DNA of 64,000 bases from an uncultured Planctomycetaceae bacterium (GCA_963844335.1 CAWJNW010000020.1:120294-184293); one strand, 5' to 3'; shown: positions 48,449 to 59,923, counted from the stretch's first letter. Program-made: numbers and translations. Notes: generated from the sequence alone by a model not told the origin.

Positions 48449-51400
48449 ATGGCGTCGTTCCAACGACGAGCGATCAGAGACCGAAGCGGCGAGTTCCTCG
48501 ACCGCGAGACAGGTCGAGAAGCCACGGCATTGACGAGGTGTGCGGTGAGATTTGTAAACGTTCGCTTGTTAGGCACTCTGGCGGTCGGATTTCTTGTGCT
48601 GTGTGGCGGCAGCTATTTTCTGCACGCCTATCAAGTGCAGCGGCATGCCGGAGTCTATTTGCGCGAGGCGCGGCGGGCGCAGGAGGAGAATCGGCCCACC
48701 GAGGCGGTGCGGCACTTGCGCCGGTACGTGAAGCTCGCGCCGGATGATACAGAAGCACTCGCACTCTACGGTGTGCAGCTCGCCGAGCTGGATCAGCACG
48801 AACCGGCCTTTCTCGTGCTGGAACAGGCGCTGCGCCGCGAGCCGGACCGTGACGAATGGCGACGACAGCTCGTGGGAACCGCGATCGATCTTGAACGGTA
48901 CAGCGATGCCCGCGCGAATCTCGAAGAGCATCTGCTTAAACGGAGTCCGGACGACGCGGCGTTGCTGATGCAGCTCGGCCGGTGCCATGTCGCATTGAAC
49001 GAGAACGAAGGTGCCCGCAAGGCATTTGAGGCTGCGATCGCTGCGGAGCCGCAGCAACTGGAAGCGTACGTCCTGCTGGCAGGGCTCTATCGCAATCGCT
49101 TCAAGGATGAAGCCGCGGCGACGCGTTGGATCGATCAGATGGTGGTCGGCAACTCATCTAACGCCGAAGCCTATCTCGTCCGCGGAGAGTGGAAGCTCAG
49201 CGAAGGCCAATGGCATCGTTCGCCTCTCAGCGAAGAGCTTCCCGACGCTGCAATGCCGACGCTCGAATCCGCCTCGACGGCGGCGGTCAAAGAGGACGCC
49301 GAACATGCGCTGGAGCTGGCGCCCGGCGACACCAGGACGCTGCTGTTCGCCGCGCGCGTTTTCGCCACGACCGGTGAGCACGACAAGGCTCACGCGCTCG
49401 CGAAACGTGTTCAGCAGGCCGAGCCGAATCAGGCTGCGGCTTACATGCTGCTGGCCGAAATCGAGACTGCGGCGGGGCGTCAAGTGGACGCCGTCGAATC
49501 GCTTCGGAAGGGAGTTGATGCCGTCCCACACGACCTCGATCTGAGATGGAATTTCGCACGACTCCTCATCGAATCCGACCGCCACGCCGATGCGCGCGAA
49601 GAACTCGCACAGCTTCGGGACGACGGCTATCCGTCGGGACGAGTGAGCTATCTTGACGCCAGGATCGAGATCGCGAACGAAAATTGGCTCGAGGGAATCC
49701 GAACTCTCGACGCGGCACGACCGGGTCTGGAAGCGTGGCCCGATCTGATCAAACAGTCCGACTATTGGCTTTCCGCCTGCTACGACCATCTGGGAAACTC
49801 CGATCAACAGCTCACAGCACTGCGTCGCGCGATCGCCGTCGATCCGTCGTTCATCCGCGCCCGCCTCGATCTGGCGGCCGAGCTGCTTGCGACTCGGCGC
49901 ATCGAAGAGGCACAGGAGCACTACCGCTACCTCGCGTCGCTTCCGGCAGCTCCAGCCGTCGCGCGACTGAAGCTGACGAAATTAGAGATCGCTGCAGTCC
50001 GCGCCCGCAGGCCGGCAGAACGAGACTGGTCGGCGATCGAGTTGCATCTGGGTCGCCTCGCCGAAGTGTTGCCGGACGCTCCTGAAGTGGCACTGCTTCG
50101 CGCCGAGGTCCTTGTCGCTCAGGACAAAAGCGACGAGGCCGAGCGACTGCTCGCGGACGCGAGCCGTCGCGACGGTGGTCAGATTGAATTGTTCGCCGCG
50201 CAAGTTGAATTGGCAGAGCGAGCCGGTCATCGCCAGAAGACCGAAGCGTTGATCGAAGGGGCGAGATCAAAGGTTGACGCGGTCGAGCTCGCGGCCCTGA
50301 AAGCTCGGATTCTGCTCCGCCGAAACGAAAAAGAGGTTATCAGCAGGCTCGAGGACCAGTGGGACGAGTCGAAGTCGATGACCGTTACTGATAGGGCACG
50401 ATTCGCAGAACATTTGACCGGCCTTGCCCTCGCGGCAGGCGCTCTCGACCTGGCGGCTGCGACCGCAGAGACGGCCGCGGTTGCGAGACCGAACGATCTT
50501 CCACTCCGTCAAGTGATGCTCGACCTCGCCGTCCGTCGGCAAAAGTTCGATCAGCTCGATGCAATTCTGACGGAGATCCATCGCATCGAGGGAACCGGAG
50601 CCCTCTGGCATTATGGAAAGGCACTTCAGTTGATGACGACGGCGCAGGGGGCGAAGGAGTCGCTCGAGCATGCCCTCAAAGAAGCTCAGGAGGCGCGGAA
50701 CCTTCGGCCAGACTGGTCGAAGCCGGTCTTACTTTCGGCCGAGATCCTCGACCGGCAGGGAGACGCTTCTCGGGCCGCGAACGCATATGTCGAAGCCATC
50801 TCGATGGGCGAGCGTCACGTCCCCGCCATCACTCGTGCCGTCACGCTCCTGATCGAGCAGAATCGCTTCGCCGATGCCGACCGGATGGTTCGGCGGCTGC
50901 AAGAGCAGCAGGCGGGACTGACGGACAATCTGACGCGTCTGGCGGCGCAGACGTCGCTTCGCCTCGAAGAGTTCGACCGCGCCACGGATCTCGCCCTCTC
51001 GTTCGCCGTCGATTCGGATCGTATGGAGGATCACCTCTGGGCCGGACAGACGCTCGGCCTTCTCGGCCAGTTCGACGAAGCCGAGACGAGACTGCAACGT
51101 GCTCTCGAGATCGACTCGCGATCGCCAGAGCCGCGGATCGCCCTCGTTCGGGTTCTGGTGCGAGCCGGCCAGCTTGATGACGCGGAAACGGCGATCGACG
51201 CAGCCAAGTCGGCGGTCCCACCCGAGCTCTCGGCCATCACGGCCGCGGAGTGCTACGAAGTTCTTGGAAACGCCGTCGCGGCGGATGAGAACTACCGGGC
51301 TGCTTTGTCGCAAACGCCCAATGACCCACGCGTCGCGCGGCGAGCGGCTGAGTTCTTTCTCAAGATCCGTAAGACCGCCGAGGCGGAACCTCATCTCCGC

Positions 51401-52783
51401 CGCTTCATCGCCGGTGAAATCGCTGCGACCGAAGCCGATTTGGAATGGGCTCGTCGCAGTCTCGCCATGATTGTCGGAACTCGCGGAGATGAACGCGGCT
51501 TGAACGAGGCGCTCGCGTTGCTCGATGCGAATCACGACGCGGCCTCGTCTGACGTTCGTGCCCGGGCGATCGTTCTCGCATCGCAACCGTCCGCCACGTC
51601 GCGGACGAAAGCAATCGACCTGTTGAATGGGCTCGTAGCGGACGAGCGGACGGCGTTGGCTGAGGATCGATTTCTCCTCGCGGAGCTGCTTCGCCGACGC
51701 GATGACATGTCGAACGCGGCCGATCAACTCCGCAAGGCCTTGGCGAGCGATCCGGACGAACCCCGTTACGTCACGGCCTACGCGCAAATCCTGATCCAGC
51801 GTAGCGAACCGTCGGAGGCGCTCCTCTGGATCGATCGGCTCAAAAAGATCGCTCCTGACGAGCGATCGACTATCGGGCTGGAAGCCCAGGCACTCTTTGC
51901 CGCGGGACAAAGCGATCGGGCCGCAACGGCGCTGAAGCAGTACGCCCTCGAGGGGAAGAGTCCGACGGAAACTGCCGAACGACGCCTCTGGGTGATCGAG
52001 CAGCTCGGCGACTCAGTCGGGAAGCTTCGCGGCGCGGGATCAACTGACTCCGACGGACTGACCACCGCGACCGCATCGCTCATTGAGGAACATCTTCGTG
52101 ACCAACCGCAGGACAAGTTGCGCGTTGCAAGAGTCTCTGCCCAACTGGGACACATCGACGAGGCACTGTCGGCGCTTGCAGGAAGCAGCGATTCGCCGCC
52201 AGAGTTGATCGAGCCTGTCGCCATCGCGGTGATGACCTGTCCAACTGTCACACAAGAGCAACTTGCGGAATTGCAACGACTTCTGGAGGACTCGATCGGG
52301 AGCAGCGGCCGGGCGACGCCGCTGCTCGCGGTGTCAGCGGACCTTCTTGGGTGGCGCGGCGATCTTCCCGCCGCCTCCGAACGCTACCGGGAACTTCTTG
52401 AAAGAAATGCAAACGATGTCCGGGCACTGAACAACCTGGCGATCGTGCTCGCGCTCGGCGAACGAAAGTACGACGTCGGCTTGGCCCTCATCAATCGGGC
52501 GATCGAGATTGCCGGACCCTACGGGGCCCTAATTGACACGCTCGGGCTCGTCCAACTGTCAGCCGGGAAGACCGAAGAGGCTCAAAAGAATTTCGAGCGG
52601 GCTCTTGAGGAAAGTGCGGTGGCGGAACGGTATGTGCATTTAGCTGCGGCGCAGTGGCATTCTCACGAGAAGGAACACGCAAAACGGACACTTCATAAAG
52701 CCGTCTCGCTCGGTGTTGCGTGGGAGGAACTCCACCCGCTCGAACGACCGCTGTTCATCGATCTCCGATCCGAGCTGAAGTGA
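48449..52783 (+). CDS. Membrane-anchored giant TPR-repeat protein (1444 aa), similar in position and type to PEP-CTERM-system TPR proteins (PrsT-like).
   Basis: Intact ORF with an N-terminal TM (LLGTLAVGFLVLCGGSYFL), then TPR-like Ala/Leu/Arg-rich 34-mers throughout (for example EALALYGVQLAELDQHEPAFLVLEQALRREPD, ALNNLAIVLALGERKYDVGLALINRAIEIAG). Confidence 0.75.
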   Translation: MASFQRRAIRDRSGEFLDRETGREATALTRCAVRFVNVRLLGTLAVGFLVLCGGSYFLHAYQVQRHAGVYLREARRAQEENRPTEAVRHLRRYVKLAPDDTEALALYGVQLAELDQHEPAFLVLEQALRREPDRDEWRRQLVGTAIDLERYSDARANLEEHLLKRSPDDAALLMQLGRCHVALNENEGARKAFEAAIAAEPQQLEAYVLLAGLYRNRFKDEAAATRWIDQMVVGNSSNAEAYLVRGEWKLSEGQWHRSPLSEELPDAAMPTLESASTAAVKEDAEHALELAPGDTRTLLFAARVFATTGEHDKAHALAKRVQQAEPNQAAAYMLLAEIETAAGRQVDAVESLRKGVDAVPHDLDLRWNFARLLIESDRHADAREELAQLRDDGYPSGRVSYLDARIEIANENWLEGIRTLDAARPGLEAWPDLIKQSDYWLSACYDHLGNSDQQLTALRRAIAVDPSFIRARLDLAAELLATRRIEEAQEHYRYLASLPAAPAVARLKLTKLEIAAVRARRPAERDWSAIELHLGRLAEVLPDAPEVALLRAEVLVAQDKSDEAERLLADASRRDGGQIELFAAQVELAERAGHRQKTEALIEGARSKVDAVELAALKARILLRRNEKEVISRLEDQWDESKSMTVTDRARFAEHLTGLALAAGALDLAAATAETAAVARPNDLPLRQVMLDLAVRRQKFDQLDAILTEIHRIEGTGALWHYGKALQLMTTAQGAKESLEHALKEAQEARNLRPDWSKPVLLSAEILDRQGDASRAANAYVEAISMGERHVPAITRAVTLLIEQNRFADADRMVRRLQEQQAGLTDNLTRLAAQTSLRLEEFDRATDLALSFAVDSDRMEDHLWAGQTLGLLGQFDEAETRLQRALEIDSRSPEPRIALVRVLVRAGQLDDAETAIDAAKSAVPPELSAITAAECYEVLGNAVAADENYRAALSQTPNDPRVARRAAEFFLKIRKTAEAEPHLRRFIAGEIAATEADLEWARRSLAMIVGTRGDERGLNEALALLDANHDAASSDVRARAIVLASQPSATSRTKAIDLLNGLVADERTALAEDRFLLAELLRRRDDMSNAADQLRKALASDPDEPRYVTAYAQILIQRSEPSEALLWIDRLKKIAPDERSTIGLEAQALFAAGQSDRAATALKQYALEGKSPTETAERRLWVIEQLGDSVGKLRGAGSTDSDGLTTATASLIEEHLRDQPQDKLRVARVSAQLGHIDEALSALAGSSDSPPELIEPVAIAVMTCPTVTQEQLAELQRLLEDSIGSSGRATPLLAVSADLLGWRGDLPAASERYRELLERNANDVRALNNLAIVLALGERKYDVGLALINRAIEIAGPYGALIDTLGLVQLSAGKTEEAQKNFERALEESAVAERYVHLAAAQWHSHEKEHAKRTLHKAVSLGVAWEELHPLERPLFIDLRSELK

Positions 52784-53362
52784 TAAATGCAGACTCTTCA
52801 CATCGGGAAATGTCAAAATGACAACGGAGGCGAATCGAACGACAGAGGTGAACGTTCCGCATGTGGCATGTACCACTATTACACGACGCTCTTCCTGTAG
52901 AAGGCCCGTCTGCGTCGTTAGGCGCCAGTATTGGTTACAGTGTCACTCACATCGTGCATGCCGCGACAGGCACTGATCATATACTTGGCGTTTCATTGAA
53001 ACGGCACCAGAGAACTGGATTTATCGAGTGGTCGTCGTTAGTCTTTGGGTTGACGGCACGGAAGCGGCAATGCCTCTGCAAGCTCGCCTTCGCGAGCATC
53101 GATCGGCAGGCAAGCTTCCTTCTTAACATCGCTTCGGGCCAAGGACGTCGATTTCGCGTTTACAAAAGCAGTGAACCGCTATTTCGCTTGACGTATCAGA
53201 CCCGGACACTCGTGACGGCTGCCGCATTCGGATCTTTTGCGGCACGTTTACTCTTCGCTCCGTCGCTTGTCCGTCACCTCTTGGGTGATGGAGCAGCGGC
53301 ATAAGCCAGAGTATCGTAGTGATCGCGAATTTTGGGGTCAGTAAGGCATTGGAGGCCTGACT

Positions 53363-54964
53363 GTGAACAGCTACTCGGCAACGATTGCTTGTCCCGGATC
53401 GACTCGAGCTCTTCCTGCTCGATATGGGAGGCTTGCTTCACCTGATCGAGAAGAGGCCGAGTCGTTCGCTCGGACCTGTGCGGTCAGCGACACCGCAAAC
53501 GGGGTCGCACACCGGCTGCAAAGCCGGTTCCTCGCACAAGGCATCGCGACGGCCGTTCCGTTGCTCGTTGCCGATTTCGCCGCCATGTGGCTTGTGTTGT
53601 TCGCTGCGACGGCCCTTTCCGAACGGGTTCTCGGCCTGCCCACGAATCTCATCACCCATCAGTCGGCACTGCTTGTTTCGCTACTGTTGATTCCGATCGC
53701 CGAACTGGCCGGCGTGTATCCGGGACTGGGGTCCAGTCCGGTCGTTGAATTTCGTCAGCTCGTAAGGGCGGCACTCGTTGCCTTGTTGATCTACGCCGGG
53801 ATCGGAGTCGCGCTCTCTCCCCACCACGCGATCTTTTTCCTGGCATCGGCGGGGATTGCCGCCTTGCTGGTGATCCCCTCGTTACCGGCTGTGCACTTCG
53901 TCGCACGTACGCTTCTGTCGCGGCTCCCATTTTGGGGGGTGCCCGTATTGATTTGTGCCGAGGCGTCTGCGGCGGCCGAACTTTTCATGCGGCTCCGCCG
54001 AACGCCCGAGCGCGGCTTTCGGCCGGTTGGAGTGCTGGTCGCGCCAGACGATTACTGGCTTGCCGGGCCGGAACTCGCCGATGACGGTATCCCCGTTTAC
54101 GACGTTCGCAATGCCGCCGAAAGCGCGCTCGCAGCAGGTGCCGCATGGGTGCTGGTCGGGCCTTCTGCCCAGAGTGATGAGAACGGCGTTGCGGAAATGA
54201 TCGAGTCGCGCCTTAAAGCGATCCCGAATCGAGTCCTGCTGTCGTCCGCGAGGCTCGACGTGGGGCTATGGGACCATACCTACACTGTGGGGCCGGTCTC
54301 CGGCCTCCGTGTCGCGAATTGGCGACCGCACGCGATTAAGGCCGCTACCAAGCGAATGTTCGACGTGAGCGTGACGGCGACTGCGCTCATTGCCGGATTT
54401 CCTCTGTTGGTCGCGATCTATCTGAGCATTCGTCTGACGTCGCCAGGGCCGGTCTTCTACAGCCAGGAGCGGATCGGGCGGGGCGGACGGCCGTTCAAGG
54501 CCTGGAAGTTTCGGACGATGCATTACAACGCCGATCGCCTGCTCGAGGAGTTTCTCGACAGCGACCCGGCTCTGCGGGCGGAATGGGACGAGACCCACAA
54601 GCTCCGCCGCGATCCTCGCGTCACCACAATCGGCCGGTTGCTCCGTGCGACGAGCCTCGACGAGCTGCCCCAGTTGTGGAACGTGCTGTGCGGCGAGATG
54701 AGCCTCGTCGGACCGCGACCAATCGTCGATTCGCCGGCGTATGATGCGGAGTACGTTCAGAGTTATAAAACTGAGTTCGCGGCGTATAAGTCTGTCCGCC
54801 CGGGCATTACCGGATTATGGCAGGTCACGTGCCGTAATAACGGAGTCTATGAGATGCGAATCTTCTGGGACATGTATTACATTCGCAATTGGTCGCCTTG
54901 GCTGGATCTCTATATTGTGCTTCGGACGGTTCGGACCGTGCTCCTTCGTGAAGGCGCATACTGA
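53363..54964 (+). CDS. Polyprenyl-phosphate glycosyl-1-phosphate transferase (WbaP/EpsB-type priming sugar transferase).
   Basis: N-terminal TM bundle and central domain, then the Bac_transf region [57 protein letters not shown] ... [37 protein letters not shown] ... [14 protein letters not shown] lies 7 nt before GTG 53363. Confidence 0.85.
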   Translation: MNSYSATIACPGSTRALPARYGRLASPDREEAESFARTCAVSDTANGVAHRLQSRFLAQGIATAVPLLVADFAAMWLVLFAATALSERVLGLPTNLITHQSALLVSLLLIPIAELAGVYPGLGSSPVVEFRQLVRAALVALLIYAGIGVALSPHHAIFFLASAGIAALLVIPSLPAVHFVARTLLSRLPFWGVPVLICAEASAAAELFMRLRRTPERGFRPVGVLVAPDDYWLAGPELADDGIPVYDVRNAAESALAAGAAWVLVGPSAQSDENGVAEMIESRLKAIPNRVLLSSARLDVGLWDHTYTVGPVSGLRVANWRPHAIKAATKRMFDVSVTATALIAGFPLLVAIYLSIRLTSPGPVFYSQERIGRGGRPFKAWKFRTMHYNADRLLEEFLDSDPALRAEWDETHKLRRDPRVTTIGRLLRATSLDELPQLWNVLCGEMSLVGPRPIVDSPAYDAEYVQSYKTEFAAYKSVRPGITGLWQVTCRNNGVYEMRIFWDMYYIRNWSPWLDLYIVLRTVRTVLLREGAY

Positions 54965-55018
54965 TCGACGGTGTGTCGTCATCGGACAATTCATTAAGCC
55001 ACGGAACGGAAAAGGCGC

Positions 55019-55894
55019 ATGGACGGCAGACACAGCGTTGATGGCAGCATCGACGTGCTGATGATCACATACAACCGGCCGGCCTATACAAGGCTAGCGC
55101 TGACGCGTCTGCTCGAGACCTGCGACGAACGAACACGGGTCTGGCTCTGGCAGAACGGAGGTGATCCAGCAACGCTCGAGGTCGTTCGATCTCTGGCTGG
55201 ACATCCTCGCGTCCATCAGTTTCATCACAGCGAACAGAACGCGCGTCTTACGGAGCCGACCAACTGGCTGTTCAGCGGCGCGCGAGGAGAGTTCGTCAGC
55301 AAAGTCGATGACGATTGCCTCATGCCGTTCGGCTGGACCGAGACCTTGCGGCGCGCCCACGCCGACGAGCCGCAGTTCGGAGTGCTCGGATGCTGGCGTT
55401 TTCCGGATGAAGATTTTCGAAGCGATCTTGCGCTGCGAAAGGTCAAGCAATTCGCTGGCGGACACCGCGTGATGCTCAACTGCTGGGTCGAAGGGAGCGG
55501 CTATTTGATGAAGAGCCGTTGCATTCGCGAGTTGGGACTGCTGAGCGAAGGCCGAAGCTTCACTCGATATTGCATCGAACTCGCACGACGCGGATGGACG
55601 AACGGCTGGTACTTCCCGTTCCTCTTCCAGGAGCACATGGATGATCCCTCTTCCGACCACTGCGAACTCCGGTGCGACGCCGATCTGATCCGCAATCCGC
55701 CGCTGATGGCGCAGCGGTGGGGCGTGCGAACAATCGGCGAGTGGCGGAACTGTTTCCGAGAGGAAGCTATTTACCTGCAACGGGCCTCCCCTGACCCGCG
55801 AGCCTACCAGGGCTGGCGAAAAAAACTGACGACCGTCCGCAAGCGGATTCATGGAGCGTTCACCGGCCGACCAGCGTTCAAGGCCGCCGGTTAG
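55019..55894 (+). CDS. Glycosyltransferase family 2.
   Basis: DVLMITYNRPAYTRLALTRLLETC ... FVSKVDDDCLMPFGW (DxD-type). Confidence 0.75.
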   Translation: MDGRHSVDGSIDVLMITYNRPAYTRLALTRLLETCDERTRVWLWQNGGDPATLEVVRSLAGHPRVHQFHHSEQNARLTEPTNWLFSGARGEFVSKVDDDCLMPFGWTETLRRAHADEPQFGVLGCWRFPDEDFRSDLALRKVKQFAGGHRVMLNCWVEGSGYLMKSRCIRELGLLSEGRSFTRYCIELARRGWTNGWYFPFLFQEHMDDPSSDHCELRCDADLIRNPPLMAQRWGVRTIGEWRNCFREEAIYLQRASPDPRAYQGWRKKLTTVRKRIHGAFTGRPAFKAAG

Positions 55895-55966
55895 AGTTCT
55901 GACAACGTGAACGAATCGAGTCGCGTGATGCGGCAAACGCCGCGGCGCCGGCAAGGGAACCTGACC

Positions 55967-56701
55967 ATGGCGATGGAGCCATACTATTCACACTGCAGGC
56001 GCGACATTCTCGCAGAAGTGCCCGCTTCCGCACGCAGGGTGTTGTCGGTTGGCTGCGGCGCCGGTGCGACGGAAGAGGAACTCGTGCGTTCCGGCATACG
56101 CGTCGTCGGTGTCGAGTTGAACCCGCACGCGGCTGCGAACGCGAGAAGCCGCGGCATCGAAGTGATCGAGGGAGACGCCCTCTCGTCGTCGCCAGCGTTG
56201 CGCGATCAGCGCTTCGACTGCCTCATCTACGCCGACATCCTGGAGCACATCACGAATCCCGTCGCCGTGCTGCAGTCGCACATCGATCTGCTGGAGCCAA
56301 GAGGGACGGTGATCATCAGCGTCCCCAACTTCCGCAACTATGCCGTGATCCGGGATTTGTTCGTGCGAGGTCACATCCAATACACCGACTCAGGCATCCT
56401 CGACCGCACGCACGTTCGAGTGACGACCCGCCGCATGGTCGAAGAATGGCTCACACTCGTCGGCCTGATGCCGGGCCCGGTTCGTTACCGCATCGCGATG
56501 CGGCGGGAACGGATTTTGAACGCTTTGAGTCTGGGAACCATGCGAGAGTTCCTGGCGCGACAGGTCATCGTCGTCGCGATAAAAGAGGCGACGTCGCGGA
56601 ACACCGATGCGCCCCTGGCGTCGCTGTCGTTCGGAGATCCGCGGCTCGACCGAGGCGTCGAAAATGAGTCAAACGCCGATTCTTCCCTGATCTGTTCCTA
56701 A
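55967..56701 (+). CDS. Class I SAM-dependent methyltransferase.
   Basis: RVLSVGCGAGATEEEL (motif I), VVGVELNP, DCLIYADILEHITNP, GTVIISVPN. Confidence 0.8.
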   Translation: MAMEPYYSHCRRDILAEVPASARRVLSVGCGAGATEEELVRSGIRVVGVELNPHAAANARSRGIEVIEGDALSSSPALRDQRFDCLIYADILEHITNPVAVLQSHIDLLEPRGTVIISVPNFRNYAVIRDLFVRGHIQYTDSGILDRTHVRVTTRRMVEEWLTLVGLMPGPVRYRIAMRRERILNALSLGTMREFLARQVIVVAIKEATSRNTDAPLASLSFGDPRLDRGVENESNADSSLICS

Positions 56702-56718
56702 ACACCGCTCGAAAACCG

Positions 56719-58158
56719 ATGGATACGCGCGGACAGATCATTCATGCGGAGTACTTCGGACAGACGACGCTGTCCCCGATCGGCGCGGCGATTCTGTTGC
56801 CGCTCCTGACGGCCGTTTTGTCGATGTCGCGCCAGAACGCCGTGGCGGCGTTTGTCGTGGCAGTCTGTTTCATCTCCGACGGCCAGCGTATCAGCATCGC
56901 CGGGCTCGATTTTACGCCGATTCGCATCTTAATCGCCGTTGGCGCAGTGCGAGTCCTCGTTCGATCCGAGTATTCGCAGCTCAGGTGGCAGACGATCGAC
57001 TGGTTGTTCGCGTGCTATGCCTTTTGGGGCTACGCGGCCTATGCGCTGCAATACGAGTTTGAGGTCGCCGCGCTCGTTCGTCGCGCCGGCGAGATGTACA
57101 CGTACGCGGGCAGCTACTTTTTGTGCCGCTGCTGGCTCAGAAACTCGGAGGACGTGATCGCATTGGGCCGGGTGTTCGCGATTCTGGCGATTCCGAGCGC
57201 GCTCTTTTTCGCCGCCGAGTGGGCGACCGGCCGAAACATCTTTTCGATCTTCGGGGGCGTCTCGGAATGGACCAACATCCGCGACGGACGTCTGCGTTGC
57301 CAAGGGCCGTTCCCACACGCGATTCTCGCCGGCTGTTTCTGGGCAGGGACTTGCCCCTTGATGGCGTCCCTGCTGTGGAGAACCGGGGCGACGCGCCTGA
57401 TCGGCATCGCTGGGCTCGCGGCGTCGATGCTCATCATCGTCGCCTGTGCGTCGTCAACGCCGATCCTCGCGCTGGCAGCGATGTGCGGAGCAGCGTCGCT
57501 CTTCCCGCTCAGAAAGCAAGTGCGATTGATTCAGATCACCGTCCTCGTCGGCCTCATTGCGATCCACTTCGCCCGCGCAAAGCCGGTATGGCACTTGTTA
57601 GGTCGGGTGAACGTGCTCGGCAGCAGCACCGGCCATCATCGCTATCTGCTCATCGACCACGCGATCCAGAACTTCCGCGAGTGGTGTCTCCTCGGAGTGA
57701 AATCGACGGGCCACTGGGGACCGCAAATGTTCGATGTGACGAATCAATACTTGCTGGAAGGAGTGCGAGGCGGATTCATCACGATGCTGCTCTTCATCGC
57801 GATCCTGTTCGTCGCCTTCCGAAAGATCGGACGCTCGGTCGAGGCCGGAAGGCAGCGAGCGGCGAACATGCAGGCCTGGTTCGTCGGCGCCGCGCTGTTC
57901 GGACATGCGTCGATCTTCTTTTCCGTTTCATACTTCGGACAGGTTCCTGTCATTTTCTGGCTGACCGTCGCGGCCGCGGTCGCGGCCTCAAACAGCTCCA
58001 GTGTCCGTCGTTCAGTCGCCTTTCCACGATTTTGGGTGGCCTACCCCGCTGCCCTCGCCGGAATCCCGAACGCGCGGTTCGTGCCGGCGCTCTTGACCGG
58101 TGCGGTGGCGGGCGTCCCCGCACTGCAGCAATCTCGGAGTTTGCGATGGTCGAAGTAA
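56719..58158 (+). CDS. O-antigen polymerase/ligase-like polytopic membrane protein (Wzy-type candidate).
   Basis: About 10-12 hydrophobic segments. A central loop with RLRCQGPFPHAILAGCFWA resembles the Wzy_C region. It sits inside the glycosyltransferase block. Confidence 0.6.
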   Translation: MDTRGQIIHAEYFGQTTLSPIGAAILLPLLTAVLSMSRQNAVAAFVVAVCFISDGQRISIAGLDFTPIRILIAVGAVRVLVRSEYSQLRWQTIDWLFACYAFWGYAAYALQYEFEVAALVRRAGEMYTYAGSYFLCRCWLRNSEDVIALGRVFAILAIPSALFFAAEWATGRNIFSIFGGVSEWTNIRDGRLRCQGPFPHAILAGCFWAGTCPLMASLLWRTGATRLIGIAGLAASMLIIVACASSTPILALAAMCGAASLFPLRKQVRLIQITVLVGLIAIHFARAKPVWHLLGRVNVLGSSTGHHRYLLIDHAIQNFREWCLLGVKSTGHWGPQMFDVTNQYLLEGVRGGFITMLLFIAILFVAFRKIGRSVEAGRQRAANMQAWFVGAALFGHASIFFSVSYFGQVPVIFWLTVAAAVAASNSSSVRRSVAFPRFWVAYPAALAGIPNARFVPALLTGAVAGVPALQQSRSLRWSK

Positions 58159-59073
58159 GCGTTCTGATCGTGTGCTATAAGTCGAAGGATCTGATCGGTC
58201 CCTGTCTGGCAGGCGTCTTCGCGCACACGCATCGGCGTCTCGTTCGAGGTGCTGCTGCTCGACTGCTCGAATGACGGAACGATCAAGTTCGTTCGCGAAC
58301 GGTTTCCGCTCGTGCGAATCATTCCCAACGACGAGAACCTGGGATTCGCGCGGGGCAATAACGTGCTGGCCGCACATGCCCGCGGCCGGTATCTCCTGTT
58401 GCTCAATCCCGACACGATCGTCACGACGGACGCGATCGGCGAACTCTTTCGTGTCGCGATGCAGCGTCCAGAAGCAGGAGCGGTCGGCGGACGAGCGAGG
58501 CGAGCCGATGGCACTCGCGATCCGGGCTGCCGGCAGACCATTCCTTCGCTCGGCCGGCTGCTCATCGCTGCGTGTGGCGGGGCGAAGTTGCTCAATGGTG
58601 CGATTGCCGAGAACGCGACCATGCCCGGCGAGGCGGAGACGCTGTCCGGCGCCTTCATGATGGTTCGAGCCGATGCGTGGAAGAGGCTGCGCGGTTTTGA
58701 CACCACGTTCTTCATGTACGCCGAGGAGTTGGATCTCTGCTATCGGCTCCGACAAGCCGGCTATGAGATTCTGATGACTCCGGCAGCAGAGATCGTGCAT
58801 CTCGTGGGAGGAGGCAACGCGATGAACCCGTCGCGAATCCTCACGATCTCGAAGGCGCGGATGCACTTCTTCCGCAAGTTCTGGACGCCTCCCCTCGTCG
58901 TGCTCGCCGGGTTGATTCTGTGGTGCCACGGGGCGGTGCGATACGCGGCCGGCGGAGCGGGCCAGGTCGTCCTGCGATGGAAAAGAGGCGGTGAGTTACG
59001 ACGCGCTTACGAAGAGGTCGTGTTTCATCCCTCCGCATGGTGGCGGGGCTTTTCGGTGGGAGAGACGTCGTGA
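58146..59073 (+). CDS. Glycosyltransferase family 2. One frameshift as sequenced, near 58230.
   Basis: MVEVSVLIVCYKSKDLIGPCLAGVFAHT (frame of ORF 57123..58274), then GVSFEVLLLDCSNDGT ... NLGFARGNN ... LLLNPDT ... SGAFMMVRADAWKRLRGFDTTFFMYAEELDLCYR (ORF 58249..59073). Confidence 0.8.
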
Positions 59074-59921
59074 CCGCAATCATCATCCCGGCTCACAATG
59101 AAGCCGCCCGGATCGACGCGACTCTGCAGGCGGTGCTGTCGAGCATCGGCGACGAAGGTGTCCAAGTCATCGTCGTCTGCAACGGCTGCAACGACGACAC
59201 GGCGGATCGGGCAAGGCAATACGCGCCGCGCGTCTGCGTTTTGGAAACGACAGTCGCTTCGAAGACGAATGCGCTCAACCTCGGAGACGAGGCGGCGTCT
59301 TCGTTCCCGCGGATCTACCTCGATGCCGACGTGATTGTTTCGAAATCGCTCGTCAGTGATCTCGTGCGGGCGCTCGAAGCAGGATCGTCCGCTCGTTGCG
59401 TATCCGGCCGTCGAATACGACCTCAAGTGCTCGTCGATGTCGGTACGTGCTTTTTATGGCGTGTGGCAGTCATTGCCGTATAACCGTCCCGGCCGCATCG
59501 GAGTCGGAGCTCTATGCATCTGAACGAGCAGGGACGAGGGCGATTCGGTTCCTTCCCCGAGATCATCTCCGACGACGGCTTCGTGCGGGGGCACTTCTCG
59601 GAACAGGAATGTCTCGTCGTCTCGACGTGCCGGACGATGGTTTGCGCTCCGGAGACCTTCTCTTCCCTCGTGAAGATCAAGACTCGCAGCCGCCTGGGGC
59701 TGTACCAGCTTCGCGAGCGTTATCCGCACGTTCTGCAGCGGCACAGATCCTCGGCTGCCTGGCGTTTTCAGAGAGGATTCGCGCGTCAGTTGGTCGGACT
59801 GCCGGTCTATTTGACTGTGAACGCGTTGACTCGCGCACGAGCCTCGCGTCAGCGGCGAAGATTGGACGTCTATCGGTGGGAGCGGGACGAATCGACCCGC
59901 CGCGGTTTGGCATTGGAGTGA
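59070..59921 (+). CDS. Glycosyltransferase family 2. At least 2 frameshifts as sequenced (about 59385 and about 59505).
   Basis: VTAIIIPAHNEAARIDATLQAVL ... VIVVCNGCNDDTA ... ASKTNALNLGD ... IYLDADV (ORF 59037..), PLVAYPAVEYDLKCSSMSVRAFYGVWQSLPYNRPGRIGVG (ORF 59335..), LNEQGRGRFGSFPEIISDDGFVRGHF... (ORF 59514..59921). The GTG start overlaps the previous stop (GTGA). Confidence 0.7.
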
Positions 59922-59923
59922 GT

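Noticed and set aside
53054-53070. Sigma-54-like string CGGCACGGAAGCGGCAA.
   Set aside because: It departs from the TGGCACG-N4-TTGCW consensus at the first T and at the TT of the -12 box. It lies about 300 nt from the start codon, and no activator gene is seen. The match is too weak to call a promoter.
52861-53304. 147-aa ORF in the gap before the sugar transferase gene.
   Set aside because: Atypical composition, no motif, no Shine-Dalgarno sequence, and the region looks non-coding. It is kept only as part of the non-coding-gap finding.
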